14,459 nucleotides of DNA from an uncultured Deinococcales bacterium (lineage in GTDB: Bacteria > Deinococcota > Deinococci > Deinococcales > JAAFIG01), in contig CAXTTL010000124.1 of assembly GCA_964247135.1 (NCBI GenBank), forward strand, positions 1 to 14,459, in the 5' to 3' direction. The notes under the pieces were generated by a model, which saw only the letters and a list, made by a program, of their open reading frames with translations, had not been told where the DNA came from and made no database searches. The position numbers and the translations under genes are program-made. Positions 6,758 through 14,459 of this stretch are shown in pieces (the first letter of the stretch is position 1; each line of letters opens with the position of its first letter).

Positions 6758-6985
6758 TTAGGTTTCAGATGTTTTGGTCTGGATGGTAGCGAGCGTGTAG
6801 AGGTAGCCCACAACCAGCAGCATCTCGAGCGCATACACGGCGCGTAAGGTCAGCAGGCGTGGACTTGCGCCAAAGCCGCCAACAGCATCCACAGCCAATG
6901 TACCGAGCACCAGCGCCATCAAAATCCAACCAGCCGTTTCTTGTCGTTTCAGAATAAACCGCTTGATCTGCGTCAATTCAATCAC
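6758..6985 (-). CDS. Small two-TM membrane protein, 75 aa, overlapping the rhodopsin stop
   Basis: GTG start overlaps the last 8 nt of the rhodopsin gene; hydrophobic segments GWILMALVLGTLAVDAVGG and AVYALEMLLVVGYLYTLATI; exactly fills the gap to the terminator. Confidence 0.65.
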   Translation of the reverse strand: MIELTQIKRFILKRQETAGWILMALVLGTLAVDAVGGFGASPRLLTLRAVYALEMLLVVGYLYTLATIQTKTSET

Positions 6986-7814
6986 CCGCCAATGCTGGGG
7001 TCAGTGCTTTGTCGGCGGCGGTTTTCTCGAGCGCAATGAAATAAATCAAAACACCGAAGCCCGCCTTGGCGATGATGTCCGCCAGGCTGTAACCAACTTG
7101 AAGTCCGACCACACCACTGGCGCTCAGACCACCAAACACGGCGGGCAAGAGGTATGCGAGCGGGTAAAAACCCCACGAGAAAATCAACAACAGTCGCAAG
7201 TTGCGAACCAAGACTTTGACATACTCGGGTTGACGATCCAAAGAGTTGCTCAGTTCGCTCCAGAGGACAAACAAAATGTAGACGAAGGGAATGGTGCTGA
7301 TTGTTCCCCAGACCAGACGCGTGGTGTTGTCGCTCGAGACTTCGCCTGGGTATCCGGTGGCGATCATCACCACGGCGGCAATCACCAAACGACCAATCAA
7401 ACCAGCCGAGATGTTACGTGCCAATGCCAGCACCGAGACTGCTTCGACAAGGAGCAGCGGCACGGTCAAAATCCAATCGGCGTAACGGTAGGCATCGTTG
7501 AACGGAACGCCGGTGGGGTTGTAAGCGCCGTTCACAAGGGCATACGATTCGTTCCAGGAGTTAAAAATTCGCACGTAATGGTAGCAGGCGACCGCCACCA
7601 CCAGCGCCGTGACCAGCATGGCGGGTCGGTATTTTTCGGCAAGTGACTGACGACCCAGCACAAAGAAGATAAAAGATGCACCCATTGTGGCGATGGTGAT
7701 TGAAAAAAGTTGGTAAACCAATCCAAACTGCCCAGAAGTCAATTGAATTCCTGCTGCGAATGAACTTGATCCAAACAAAACAAATACTGTCAATAACATC
7801 AGCCACTTTTTCAT
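6978..7814 (-). CDS. Microbial rhodopsin, xanthorhodopsin/Gloeobacter-rhodopsin clade, DTE outward proton pump, 278 aa with N-terminal signal peptide
   Basis: FNDAYRYADWILTVPLLLVE (DTE), helix B His in YHYVRIF, TGYPGE, WGTISTIPF, WGFYPLAY, retinal lysine in DIIAKAGFG; ATG at 7814 with GGAGGA SD at 7820-7825. Confidence 0.96.
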   Translation of the reverse strand: MKKWLMLLTVFVLFGSSSFAAGIQLTSGQFGLVYQLFSITIATMGASFIFFVLGRQSLAEKYRPAMLVTALVVAVACYHYVRIFNSWNESYALVNGAYNPTGVPFNDAYRYADWILTVPLLLVEAVSVLALARNISAGLIGRLVIAAVVMIATGYPGEVSSDNTTRLVWGTISTIPFVYILFVLWSELSNSLDRQPEYVKVLVRNLRLLLIFSWGFYPLAYLLPAVFGGLSASGVVGLQVGYSLADIIAKAGFGVLIYFIALEKTAADKALTPALAGD

Positions 7815-8155
7815 AATGATCCTCCGTGTCGTTACAAAAAATAGAAAGGTTTCAAGCATTGTAAAAAGGCTCGAGCAGTAAAAAATGATTTTTGCAAACA
7901 ACTTCTAAAGTTTATACAACTCAACCTTATACACGTGAAGTCTATTGCACACTCTAATTTCTGATTTTACTGCAATTGAATGGTAGCTCGAGATTCAATT
8001 CCTTGATCGAATTTGTATAACCTTTGGAAAATAGCTTTACTGCACAGCTTTTTACGGCAATGCTCGAGTTTAAGCAATCATGTTTTTTGGTTGACGAAGC
8101 CCGATTTGGCGCATCGTCGCATCGAGAATCCGGTACCAATTATTCCAAAGACTTG

Positions 8156-9364
8156 TTAATCCAGCACCGCTCGAGCCAGACGTTTGACGCCCTCCTCGAT
8201 TTGTTCCGTGCTGGGCGTGGCAAACGACAGACGCAAGTAATTGGCTTTGGGATTGCCAGGAAAAAACGGCACGCCAGGCACGTAAATCACGCCGTTGTCC
8301 ACGGCTTTTTGCACCATGCTCATCGTGTCCACGCCCGCCGCCATTTTCGCCCACAAGAACATGCCGCCATCGGGTTTGTTGAACTCGAGCGTTCCCGCCG
8401 GAAAATGCTCTTCCAATGCCGCGATCATGGCATGACCTTTGGCGCCGTAGGTGCTGCGAATTTTCGGCAGTTGCGCCTGCAAGCGTCCAGTCTCGAGGTA
8501 ACGCGCCGCGACGTGCTGGCTAAAGGTGCTGGTGTGCAAATCGGCGGCTTGTTTGGCAATGGTCACGGGTTGCACCAGCCCTTCTGGCAGAAGCATCCAA
8601 CCCAGCCGTAACCCTGGCGCGACAAATTTAGACAAGGTGGAAAAGTACGTGACCCACTCGCTCGAGCCGTCCACAAAAGCAGTCAGACCCACCAATGGCG
8701 GCAGGATTTCGCCGCTAAAACGCAACTCGCTGTACGGATCGTCCTCGATCACCAGCACCTGGTATTTAACCGCCAGCTCGAGCAATTTTTTGCGCCGCTC
8801 GAGCGAGAGTGTCGCGCCGCTCGGGTTGCCAAAGGTTGCCACGGTGTAAATAAATTTGGCTCGGCGCCCCTCGGCTTGCAGTGCCTGCAATTGCTGCTCG
8901 AGGTCGTCGGGGTTAAGACCATCGGCGTCAATTTCGATGCCGCGCAATTCGGCTTGGTACATTTCAAAGACCTGCACCGCCGCCAAATAGGCGGGGCGTT
9001 CGACCAGCACCACATCGCCAGGGTCAACCAGAATTTTGGCGATCACATCGATGGCTTGCTGCGAACCCGTGGTGACAATCAGATTGTCTGGTGACAGTCC
9101 AGATGCACCTCGAGACGCCATGATGTCGATCAGGTGGTTTTTCAGAACATCGTAACCGTCCGTTGGACCGTATTGCAGGGTCGCCTGCGGGTTTTGCTCG
9201 AAGGCATCGAGTGCCGCCTGGCGAATGCCCTCAATGTCAAACAACTCTGGGGCAGGCAAACCACCCGCGAAAGAAATGATGTCCTTGCGTACTGCCACCT
9301 TTAAAACTTCACGAACGAACGAGGGCTTGACACCGGACATCCTGCTTGCGAGTGGATAAGACAT
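8156..9364 (-). CDS. PLP-dependent class I/II aminotransferase (LysN/2-aminoadipate transaminase-like), 402 aa
   Basis: ISFAGGLPAPELF, TTGSQQAID, FGNPSG, IEDDPY, PLP lysine in STLSKFVAPGLRLGW, LRLSFA; no HTH. ATG at 9364 is 6 nt after TACAAT (9371-9376). Confidence 0.93.
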   Translation of the reverse strand: MSYPLASRMSGVKPSFVREVLKVAVRKDIISFAGGLPAPELFDIEGIRQAALDAFEQNPQATLQYGPTDGYDVLKNHLIDIMASRGASGLSPDNLIVTTGSQQAIDVIAKILVDPGDVVLVERPAYLAAVQVFEMYQAELRGIEIDADGLNPDDLEQQLQALQAEGRRAKFIYTVATFGNPSGATLSLERRKKLLELAVKYQVLVIEDDPYSELRFSGEILPPLVGLTAFVDGSSEWVTYFSTLSKFVAPGLRLGWMLLPEGLVQPVTIAKQAADLHTSTFSQHVAARYLETGRLQAQLPKIRSTYGAKGHAMIAALEEHFPAGTLEFNKPDGGMFLWAKMAAGVDTMSMVQKAVDNGVIYVPGVPFFPGNPKANYLRLSFATPSTEQIEEGVKRLARAVLD

Positions 9365-9573
9365 GCGTTGATTGTACGATGTTTGAAAGCGATTGGCGAA
9401 ACCCAAATCTGTTGTTGCTTTGAAAACTCGAGCATTCTGAAACCCATCAAGTCAGTGCCTCAGCTCTGGGATGTTCGGGTCCTCAATGGTATTTTTTCTC
9501 GGGGCTTGTGGCGATACTCTTGCTGTTTCGCGCCTGACCAAGTTTCTCGAGCGTAACGCGCTAAAATGCTGGC

Positions 9574-10488
9574 ATGAAGTTTTTGTTGCGATGCTTGATT
9601 TTGCTGCTCACGTTCGGTTTCGGCACGAATGCCTTGGCGCAACTCTCGTACCCGCCAGCCAAATTTGCGAATGCGTTCAAAGCCAAATTGACTGGCTCGG
9701 GTTTTAAGCTTGGCAATGCCAGCATCAAACTCGAGGTTATCAATGGCTTGGTCACAGGACTGTCTTACGAGGGTGCAAGGGACGATCTGAAAACTGTAGC
9801 CTTGGTCATTGCAGGAGCGCTCGAGCATCCAGAAAACGCGGCTGGACTTGAAACCAACCTGAGAAACAGCGCCAACCGCTTTCGTGATGTGGGCACGGTC
9901 ACGCCAGGTTTAACGCCGGAAACGGTGCTCGAGTTGCGTTGGGCAAAAACCTTTGTTTTTCGGTTGAACTTGAAACGCTTTTCTGGCTTTGGACCGGACC
10001 GCCACGTCATGGGCAAGGGTGGCGTGATGATTCGGGAGTTCAGCGATTTTGAATGCCCGTTTTGCAAGCAGTTGATGCTGCAAACCATGCCAGGTCTCAG
10101 GGCAAAATTTGTCAATACCGGCTTGGCGCGTTTTGCCTTTCATCACCTGCCCTTGACCAGCATTCACCCCCAGGCGCTCGAGGCTGGAATTGCCGCCGAA
10201 TGCGCGGGAGCGCAAGGTAAATTTTTTGCCTATCACGATCTGTTGTTTGCCCTGGGATTAAACGATTTTCAAAATTTGGCTCGAATCACGCAACTCAATG
10301 TCGGGGTTTTTAACCAGTGCCTGAAATCAGTCTCGAGCAAACAGGCGGTGCTGGACGAAGCCAGCTATGCCCAAAAATTGCAAATCAATGCCACGCCGAC
10401 CGTGTTTGTTGGACCGTTTCAACTCGCCAATGCAAACGACCTGAACGCCTATGCCAGATACCTGAAAATGGCGAAAGGTTTGGAATAA
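9574..10488 (+). CDS. Secreted DsbA-family thiol-disulfide oxidoreductase with an N-terminal extension, 304 aa
   Basis: Signal peptide ending ALA; EFSDFECPFC, HLPLTSIHP, AAECAGAQGKFFAYHDLLF, cis-Pro loop NATPT; TAAAAT at 9562-9567, 6 nt before ATG. Confidence 0.92.
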   Translation: MKFLLRCLILLLTFGFGTNALAQLSYPPAKFANAFKAKLTGSGFKLGNASIKLEVINGLVTGLSYEGARDDLKTVALVIAGALEHPENAAGLETNLRNSANRFRDVGTVTPGLTPETVLELRWAKTFVFRLNLKRFSGFGPDRHVMGKGGVMIREFSDFECPFCKQLMLQTMPGLRAKFVNTGLARFAFHHLPLTSIHPQALEAGIAAECAGAQGKFFAYHDLLFALGLNDFQNLARITQLNVGVFNQCLKSVSSKQAVLDEASYAQKLQINATPTVFVGPFQLANANDLNAYARYLKMAKGLE

Positions 10489-12774
10489 TCAGGCTCGAGT
10501 TGACTTCAGGTTTTTGGGTGACTTGGTTTTGCGCTTGACCTTGTCGCGGTACATCAATGCGTCGGCGTGTTTGTACAAAGCGTCGGCATCCGCGCCGTCT
10601 CGAGGGTAGATTGCCAAACCGACGCTGGCGCTGACCGTCAAGGTCTCTTTGCCAGCATCCAGACCAATTTTGAGGTTTTGGGTGATGTCTTGCCTCAAGT
10701 TTTCGCTCGGGACGCTGTCGGTTAAATCGGGCAGAATCAAACAAAATTCGTCGCCGCCAAGCCGCGCCACGGTGTCCGAAGCCCGCACAAAACTTTGCAG
10801 TTGAACGCCAATGTCGCGCAGCAGCCGGTCGCCGACCGAATGCCCCAAGCCATCATTGACGGCTTTGAAACCGTTTAAATCGATAAACAACACCCCCACC
10901 AAACTGCCGTTGCGATCCGCCCTGGCAATCGCTTGTTGCAAACGGTCGTGGTACAAAACACGGTTGGGCAAACCCGTCAAAGCATCGTGAAGCGCTTGAT
11001 ACTCGAGTTTTTGAATCAGTGAATGGCGCTCGATGGCAATCGCTGCCAGATCAGCCGCCGCTTTTTGCTGGGTTCGCAAATCCAAACCCCAGTGTTCGTT
11101 GCGGGTGTAACTGGTGAGCGTTCCCAAAATCAGACCGCTGCTGGTCATGATCGGCAGCGCGGCACAATGCTTGTACCCAGCCTGAATCAGCGTCGCGCGG
11201 TACTCGAGCGACCAACGGTCATCGGTGCCAAGGTTTTCAATGTATTGCGCCTCGCCGGTGCGCACCGCCACGCTGCACGGATCACCGCCCGCAGCGTCAA
11301 GGCACTCCAGCAAATCATCGGTCACATCGCGGGTCGCCACGTAACTCAAATGCCCCTCCTCGAGCAAACTGATCTGGGCGCCCAAACCAGGAAATTGTTC
11401 GGTCAGCATTTCCAGATTCATCTCGAGCAATGTGGCAATTTTTACACCCCGCGCAATCCCTTCGAGCACGCGGTTGCGACCGCGCTCGAGAATTTGGGCG
11501 CGTTTACGATCTGTGATGTCCACGATCAAACCCCGCACCAACCGAGGGCGGTTGGGTTCGATAAAGCCAACCGCGCGGTCTTGAACCCAACGCACCTCCC
11601 CGTCAGGTCTGATGATTCGGTACTCGCCTTCGACCACGGTCAGTTGTTCCGCCGCTTTCATGAAAGCACCGACCACCAATTTACGATCCTCGGGATGAAT
11701 CATGCCCATCCAAAAACGGGTCGAACCCAGCATTTGCTCCGATGCCACACCCAGCATGGCTTGGCTTTGAGGACTGACAAAGGTAAACTGGGCGACATCT
11801 TGGGAGTACAACTCGGCTTCCCAAACAACCCCTGAAACATTCTCGACCAAGTCGCGGTAACGGGCGCGTGACTTGTTGAGATCGCGTTCGGCATTCTTGG
11901 CGTCGGTGATGTCACGTTCAATTAATATTGTGCCACCGGACCAAATCGGAGCCAGCCTCGCCTCGAGGTTGCGTTCACCCGTCGGATACATCAGGCTGTA
12001 CTCGAGATCACCGACCTTGCCGCGTTCTTGCACGCGCTTTAATGCTTGTTCGATCAAGCTCACCACCGATTCTGGGTAAACATCACGAAGGTGTTTATCG
12101 ACCATCCAAGACCCGTCCGCCCCAGGCACACGAACGTCCTGAATTTGACCTCGGGCGTCAAGCCTGTACACCGTGTCGGGCAGCGCATCAAGGATGGCTT
12201 TGGCGCCCGCCTCGCTCAAGGTCAGGCGCTCTTCGATTTGCTTGCCGCGCCTCAGTTCGGTGCTGAGTTGCGCAATCTCACGGGTTTTTGCCATGAACGG
12301 CGCGGCGAGGTTGGCGATCATTTCGACAAACGCAATCTCTTCGGGATCAAAGCTTCTTGCCTCGAAGAAATCCAAAGCAAACGAGCCGAGCATCGTCCCG
12401 TGCGAAACCACAGGCACAAGCAAGGTGGCAATCACACCAAATGGCTTAAAAATCTCTTGAATGTTTTGTGGAAGTTGCCCTGTATCAACAATCGCAATTG
12501 GTTTGAGGTCACGCATCAATTGTCGTCCGACATCATCGATGGCAATTCGTCTGCCCACATTGGAAACCCCACCAGAATTGAATTCGGCAACAATCAAAAG
12601 CTCCTTGTGGTCACTCGAGAGTTGCGCGAAATTGGATTGCGGAATGCCAAGTGCCAGCGCCAGCCGTTTACAAACCACCGTTAAAAATTCTTTCGGACTG
12701 AGGGTCAACGCCGAGGTCACGGTTTTTAAAACGTCCAATTGACGCTCGAGGTTGAGTGGTGTGTTGTTGTTCAT
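10489..12774 (-). CDS. Diguanylate cyclase, GAF-PAS-PAS/PAC-GAF-GGDEF, ~761 aa
   Basis: HDALTGLPNR, FIDLNGFKAVNDGLGHSVGD, I-site RASD, RLGGDEF; PAS motifs IHPEDR and YRIIRPDGEVRWV; no EAL domain. Start at ATG 12774 is preferred but uncertain. Confidence 0.93.
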   Translation of the reverse strand: MNNNTPLNLERQLDVLKTVTSALTLSPKEFLTVVCKRLALALGIPQSNFAQLSSDHKELLIVAEFNSGGVSNVGRRIAIDDVGRQLMRDLKPIAIVDTGQLPQNIQEIFKPFGVIATLLVPVVSHGTMLGSFALDFFEARSFDPEEIAFVEMIANLAAPFMAKTREIAQLSTELRRGKQIEERLTLSEAGAKAILDALPDTVYRLDARGQIQDVRVPGADGSWMVDKHLRDVYPESVVSLIEQALKRVQERGKVGDLEYSLMYPTGERNLEARLAPIWSGGTILIERDITDAKNAERDLNKSRARYRDLVENVSGVVWEAELYSQDVAQFTFVSPQSQAMLGVASEQMLGSTRFWMGMIHPEDRKLVVGAFMKAAEQLTVVEGEYRIIRPDGEVRWVQDRAVGFIEPNRPRLVRGLIVDITDRKRAQILERGRNRVLEGIARGVKIATLLEMNLEMLTEQFPGLGAQISLLEEGHLSYVATRDVTDDLLECLDAAGGDPCSVAVRTGEAQYIENLGTDDRWSLEYRATLIQAGYKHCAALPIMTSSGLILGTLTSYTRNEHWGLDLRTQQKAAADLAAIAIERHSLIQKLEYQALHDALTGLPNRVLYHDRLQQAIARADRNGSLVGVLFIDLNGFKAVNDGLGHSVGDRLLRDIGVQLQSFVRASDTVARLGGDEFCLILPDLTDSVPSENLRQDITQNLKIGLDAGKETLTVSASVGLAIYPRDGADADALYKHADALMYRDKVKRKTKSPKNLKSTRA

Positions 12775-12892
12775 GGTTTGAAAGTTTGTGGCATCAAAAC
12801 GAATCAAACGCCCGAGCGGGCGGGTTCAAAAGTGCAAGCAGGTTGGTATCCGAATTCAACATAGATTCTAGCGCAATCAACGCGGCTCGAGC

Positions 12893-14041
12893 TTAAGTGG
12901 TGTACTCGGCATTGATCTTGACGTAACCCTCGGTCAGGTCGCAACCCCACGCCTCGCCAGTGCCCGCGCCCGTGCCCAAATCGCAAGCCACAATCACCTC
13001 AGGTTCACGCATGGCATTCGAGACAGCCTGTCGGTCAAACTCGAGCGGTGTGCCATCAAAAACGGCGATGCCCTGAATTGAAACCTTGGCGTTTAAAGGT
13101 TCAAAGCTCACACCGCTGCGCCCGAGTGCCGCCAGAATCCGACCCCAATTTGGGTCGTTACCGTAAACCGCCGCCTTAAACAAACTCGAGCCTGCCACGG
13201 TTTTTGCCGCCATCAGCGCGTCAGATTCGCTCGGTGCGCCAGTCACTTTGACCGTCAGGAGTTTGGTCGCCCCCTCGCCGTCTCGGGCAATCGCTCGAGC
13301 CAAATCGCGCATCACACTTTCGATGGCAATCAGGGCTTCGCCCGAATCCGTCTCTCCCGCCGCGCCGTTGGCGAGAACCACCGTCATGTCATTGGTGCTG
13401 GTGTCACCGTCCACCGTCACGGCATTGAACGTGCGGTTGACAATCCCAACAAAGGCTTCACGCAAAACGTCTTGCTCGAGCCTGGCATCGGTCAGCACAA
13501 ATGAGAGCATGGTCGCCATGGTCGGATGAATCATCCCCGAACCCTTGCAGACCCCGACCACCCTCGCGCCACTTGAGAGTGTTCGCTCAGAAATTTTCAT
13601 GACCAAATCGGTGGTCATGATGGCGCTCGCCGCAGGCTCGAGTTCCAGTCCCAGCGCTGCGCCAGCCGCCGGAATACCAGCCTCGAGTTTTGAGACGGGC
13701 AATTGCACCCCAATGACCCCAGTGCTGGCGGTCATGACTGCATCAGGCTCGAGCTTGAGTTCCCCTGCCGTGATGGCTGCCATTTTCGCATCGGTTTGGA
13801 TGCCTTGCTCGCCCGTGACGCAGTTGGCATTGCCCGCATTGACCACGATGGCTTGCAAACTTTTATTGCCAGCGTACAGTGCCCGACCACGCTGCACACT
13901 GGCGGCAACCGCCAGATTTTGCGTTCCAGCGAACGCCCAGGCGCAGGGCGTCCCGCTGACGAACAGCGCCAAATCAGGATTGCCCGAGGGTTTGATGCCC
14001 GCTTTAACGCCAGATGCCCGAAAACCGATAGGTAATTTCAC
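12893..14041 (-). CDS. argJ: Ornithine acetyltransferase / bifunctional glutamate N-acetyltransferase ArgJ, 382 aa
   Basis: VNAGNANC, ASTGVIG, IMTTD, autocleavage site KGSGMIHPTMA/TML, DGDTSTND, DGEGATK, DPNWGR, YVKINAEYTT; GTG at 14041. Confidence 0.97.
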   Translation of the reverse strand: MKLPIGFRASGVKAGIKPSGNPDLALFVSGTPCAWAFAGTQNLAVAASVQRGRALYAGNKSLQAIVVNAGNANCVTGEQGIQTDAKMAAITAGELKLEPDAVMTASTGVIGVQLPVSKLEAGIPAAGAALGLELEPAASAIMTTDLVMKISERTLSSGARVVGVCKGSGMIHPTMATMLSFVLTDARLEQDVLREAFVGIVNRTFNAVTVDGDTSTNDMTVVLANGAAGETDSGEALIAIESVMRDLARAIARDGEGATKLLTVKVTGAPSESDALMAAKTVAGSSLFKAAVYGNDPNWGRILAALGRSGVSFEPLNAKVSIQGIAVFDGTPLEFDRQAVSNAMREPEVIVACDLGTGAGTGEAWGCDLTEGYVKINAEYTT

Positions 14042-14048
14042 ACGAACG

Positions 14049-14057
14049 AGTGTATCA
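14049..14057 (-). promoter_or_regulatory. Extended -10 TGATACACT, leaderless promoter of argJ
   Basis: Minus strand TGA-TACACT-CGTTCGT-GTG (7-nt gap); no Shine-Dalgarno. Confidence 0.65.
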
Positions 14058-14300
14058 GAACAGGTGCTTTCGGGCAAAAATGAAGCTGGCGGCAGAATCG
14101 CCCACTCAAATCTCGAGGGGCATAGCGAGCGTTGCGCATCTCGAATCGCGGTTTGATCGGATTTTTGTATCAGCCAAGCGAATAATCATTTGCTCGCGGC
14201 TCGAGTTTTAAGGTTGGCAAAACCTGACCAGTTGTTCGAGAATCTAAATGTTTGAATTTCGATGCAGAATTAATTGTTGTAAATCCGAGTCTCATGCAGC

Positions 14301-14333
14301 AAAAGATGCGCCCAAAAAACGGGACGCATCTTT
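14301..14333 (-). terminator. Intrinsic terminator of the gene entering from the right
   Basis: AAAGATGCG-CCC-N7-GGG-A-CGCATCTTT hairpin, 30 nt after the stop at 14364. Confidence 0.75.
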
Positions 14334-14363
14334 GTGATTCTCGAATTTTGAGAATTTAAAAAC

Positions 14364-14459
14364 TTACTTTTTTGCGGCTGGCTTTTTCGCGGCTGGTTTG
14401 GCTGCGGCTTTAGGAGCTGCTTTGGCGGCGGCTTTAGGAGCTGCTTTCGCGGCTGGTTT
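14364..14459 (-). CDS. 3' end of a gene with a histone-H1-like tail (KPAAKAAPKAAAKAAPKAAAKPAAKKPAAKK*)
   Basis: 32 codons in frame to TAA at 14364-14366; 20-nt direct repeat at 14404-14423 and 14428-14447; parent protein lies outside the window. Confidence 0.8.
   Translation of the reverse strand, partial: KPAAKAAPKAAAKAAPKAAAKPAAKKPAAKK

Larger units (their letters stand above)
97..14205. repeat. Highly iterated palindrome CTCGAG, about 84 dispersed copies
   Basis: Manual line-by-line count of about 84 (e.g. 97, 151, 172, 217, 334 ... 14112, 14200), roughly 6 per kb, versus about 4 expected in total from base composition. Confidence 0.95.

Noticed and set aside
6963-7646. 227-aa plus-strand ORF and other long antisense ORFs (5737-6495, 8024-8611, 11023-11835, 12046-12684, 13545-14156)
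   Set aside because: Shadow frames opposite well-supported genes, with no motifs or translation signals.
10489-12774. Light-sensing (LOV or phytochrome) cyclase linked to the rhodopsin
   Set aside because: No GxNCRFLQ LOV motif (GRNRVLE is a linker) and no phytochrome DIP/PHY signatures. The input signal is unknown.
3148-14041. Arginine/polyamine gene cluster (aguB, aminotransferase, argJ)
   Set aside because: The genes are dispersed with separate promoters and there is no aguA or speA. Proximity is probably incidental.
14060-14300. ArgR ARG boxes upstream of argJ
   Set aside because: No convincing TGAAT/TGCAT-N4-ATTCA/ATGCA match near the promoter.
1-14459. Mobile elements, defence systems, tRNA or rRNA genes
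   Set aside because: No transposase, integrase, nuclease, methyltransferase or cloverleaf seen. CTCGAG sites occur throughout the window, arguing against a recent foreign island.

Overview
A 14.5-kb chromosomal window of mostly housekeeping and accessory genes, most consistent with a Deinococcota bacterium. That assignment is an inference from Thermus/Deinococcus-type ArgJ and DsbA, tandem roadblock/LC7 genes and several leaderless genes with a bare -10 box. Genes in order: 3' end of an unknown gene, hypothetical protein, secreted alpha/beta hydrolase, cold-shock protein, small secreted protein, N-carbamoylputrescine amidase (aguB), three tandem roadblock/LC7 genes, PfkB kinase, a 75-aa membrane ORF overlapping a DTE-motif xanthorhodopsin-type proton pump, PLP aminotransferase, DsbA-like protein, GAF-PAS-PAS-GAF-GGDEF diguanylate cyclase, argJ, and the Lys/Ala/Pro-rich tail of another gene. 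Four signals stand out. (1) The palindrome CTCGAG occurs about 84 times by manual count (about 4 expected), in all codon phases and as terminator arms, like a HIP1/DUS-type element. (2) A fenestrated xanthorhodopsin with a signal peptide is coupled to an unknown 2-TM protein, with no retinal genes nearby. (3) A non-coding dual-repeat array with ~30-nt variable spacers lies at 1933-2138. (4) A candidate structured sRNA or leader sits behind a perfect LacI-type palindrome at 5289-5418.
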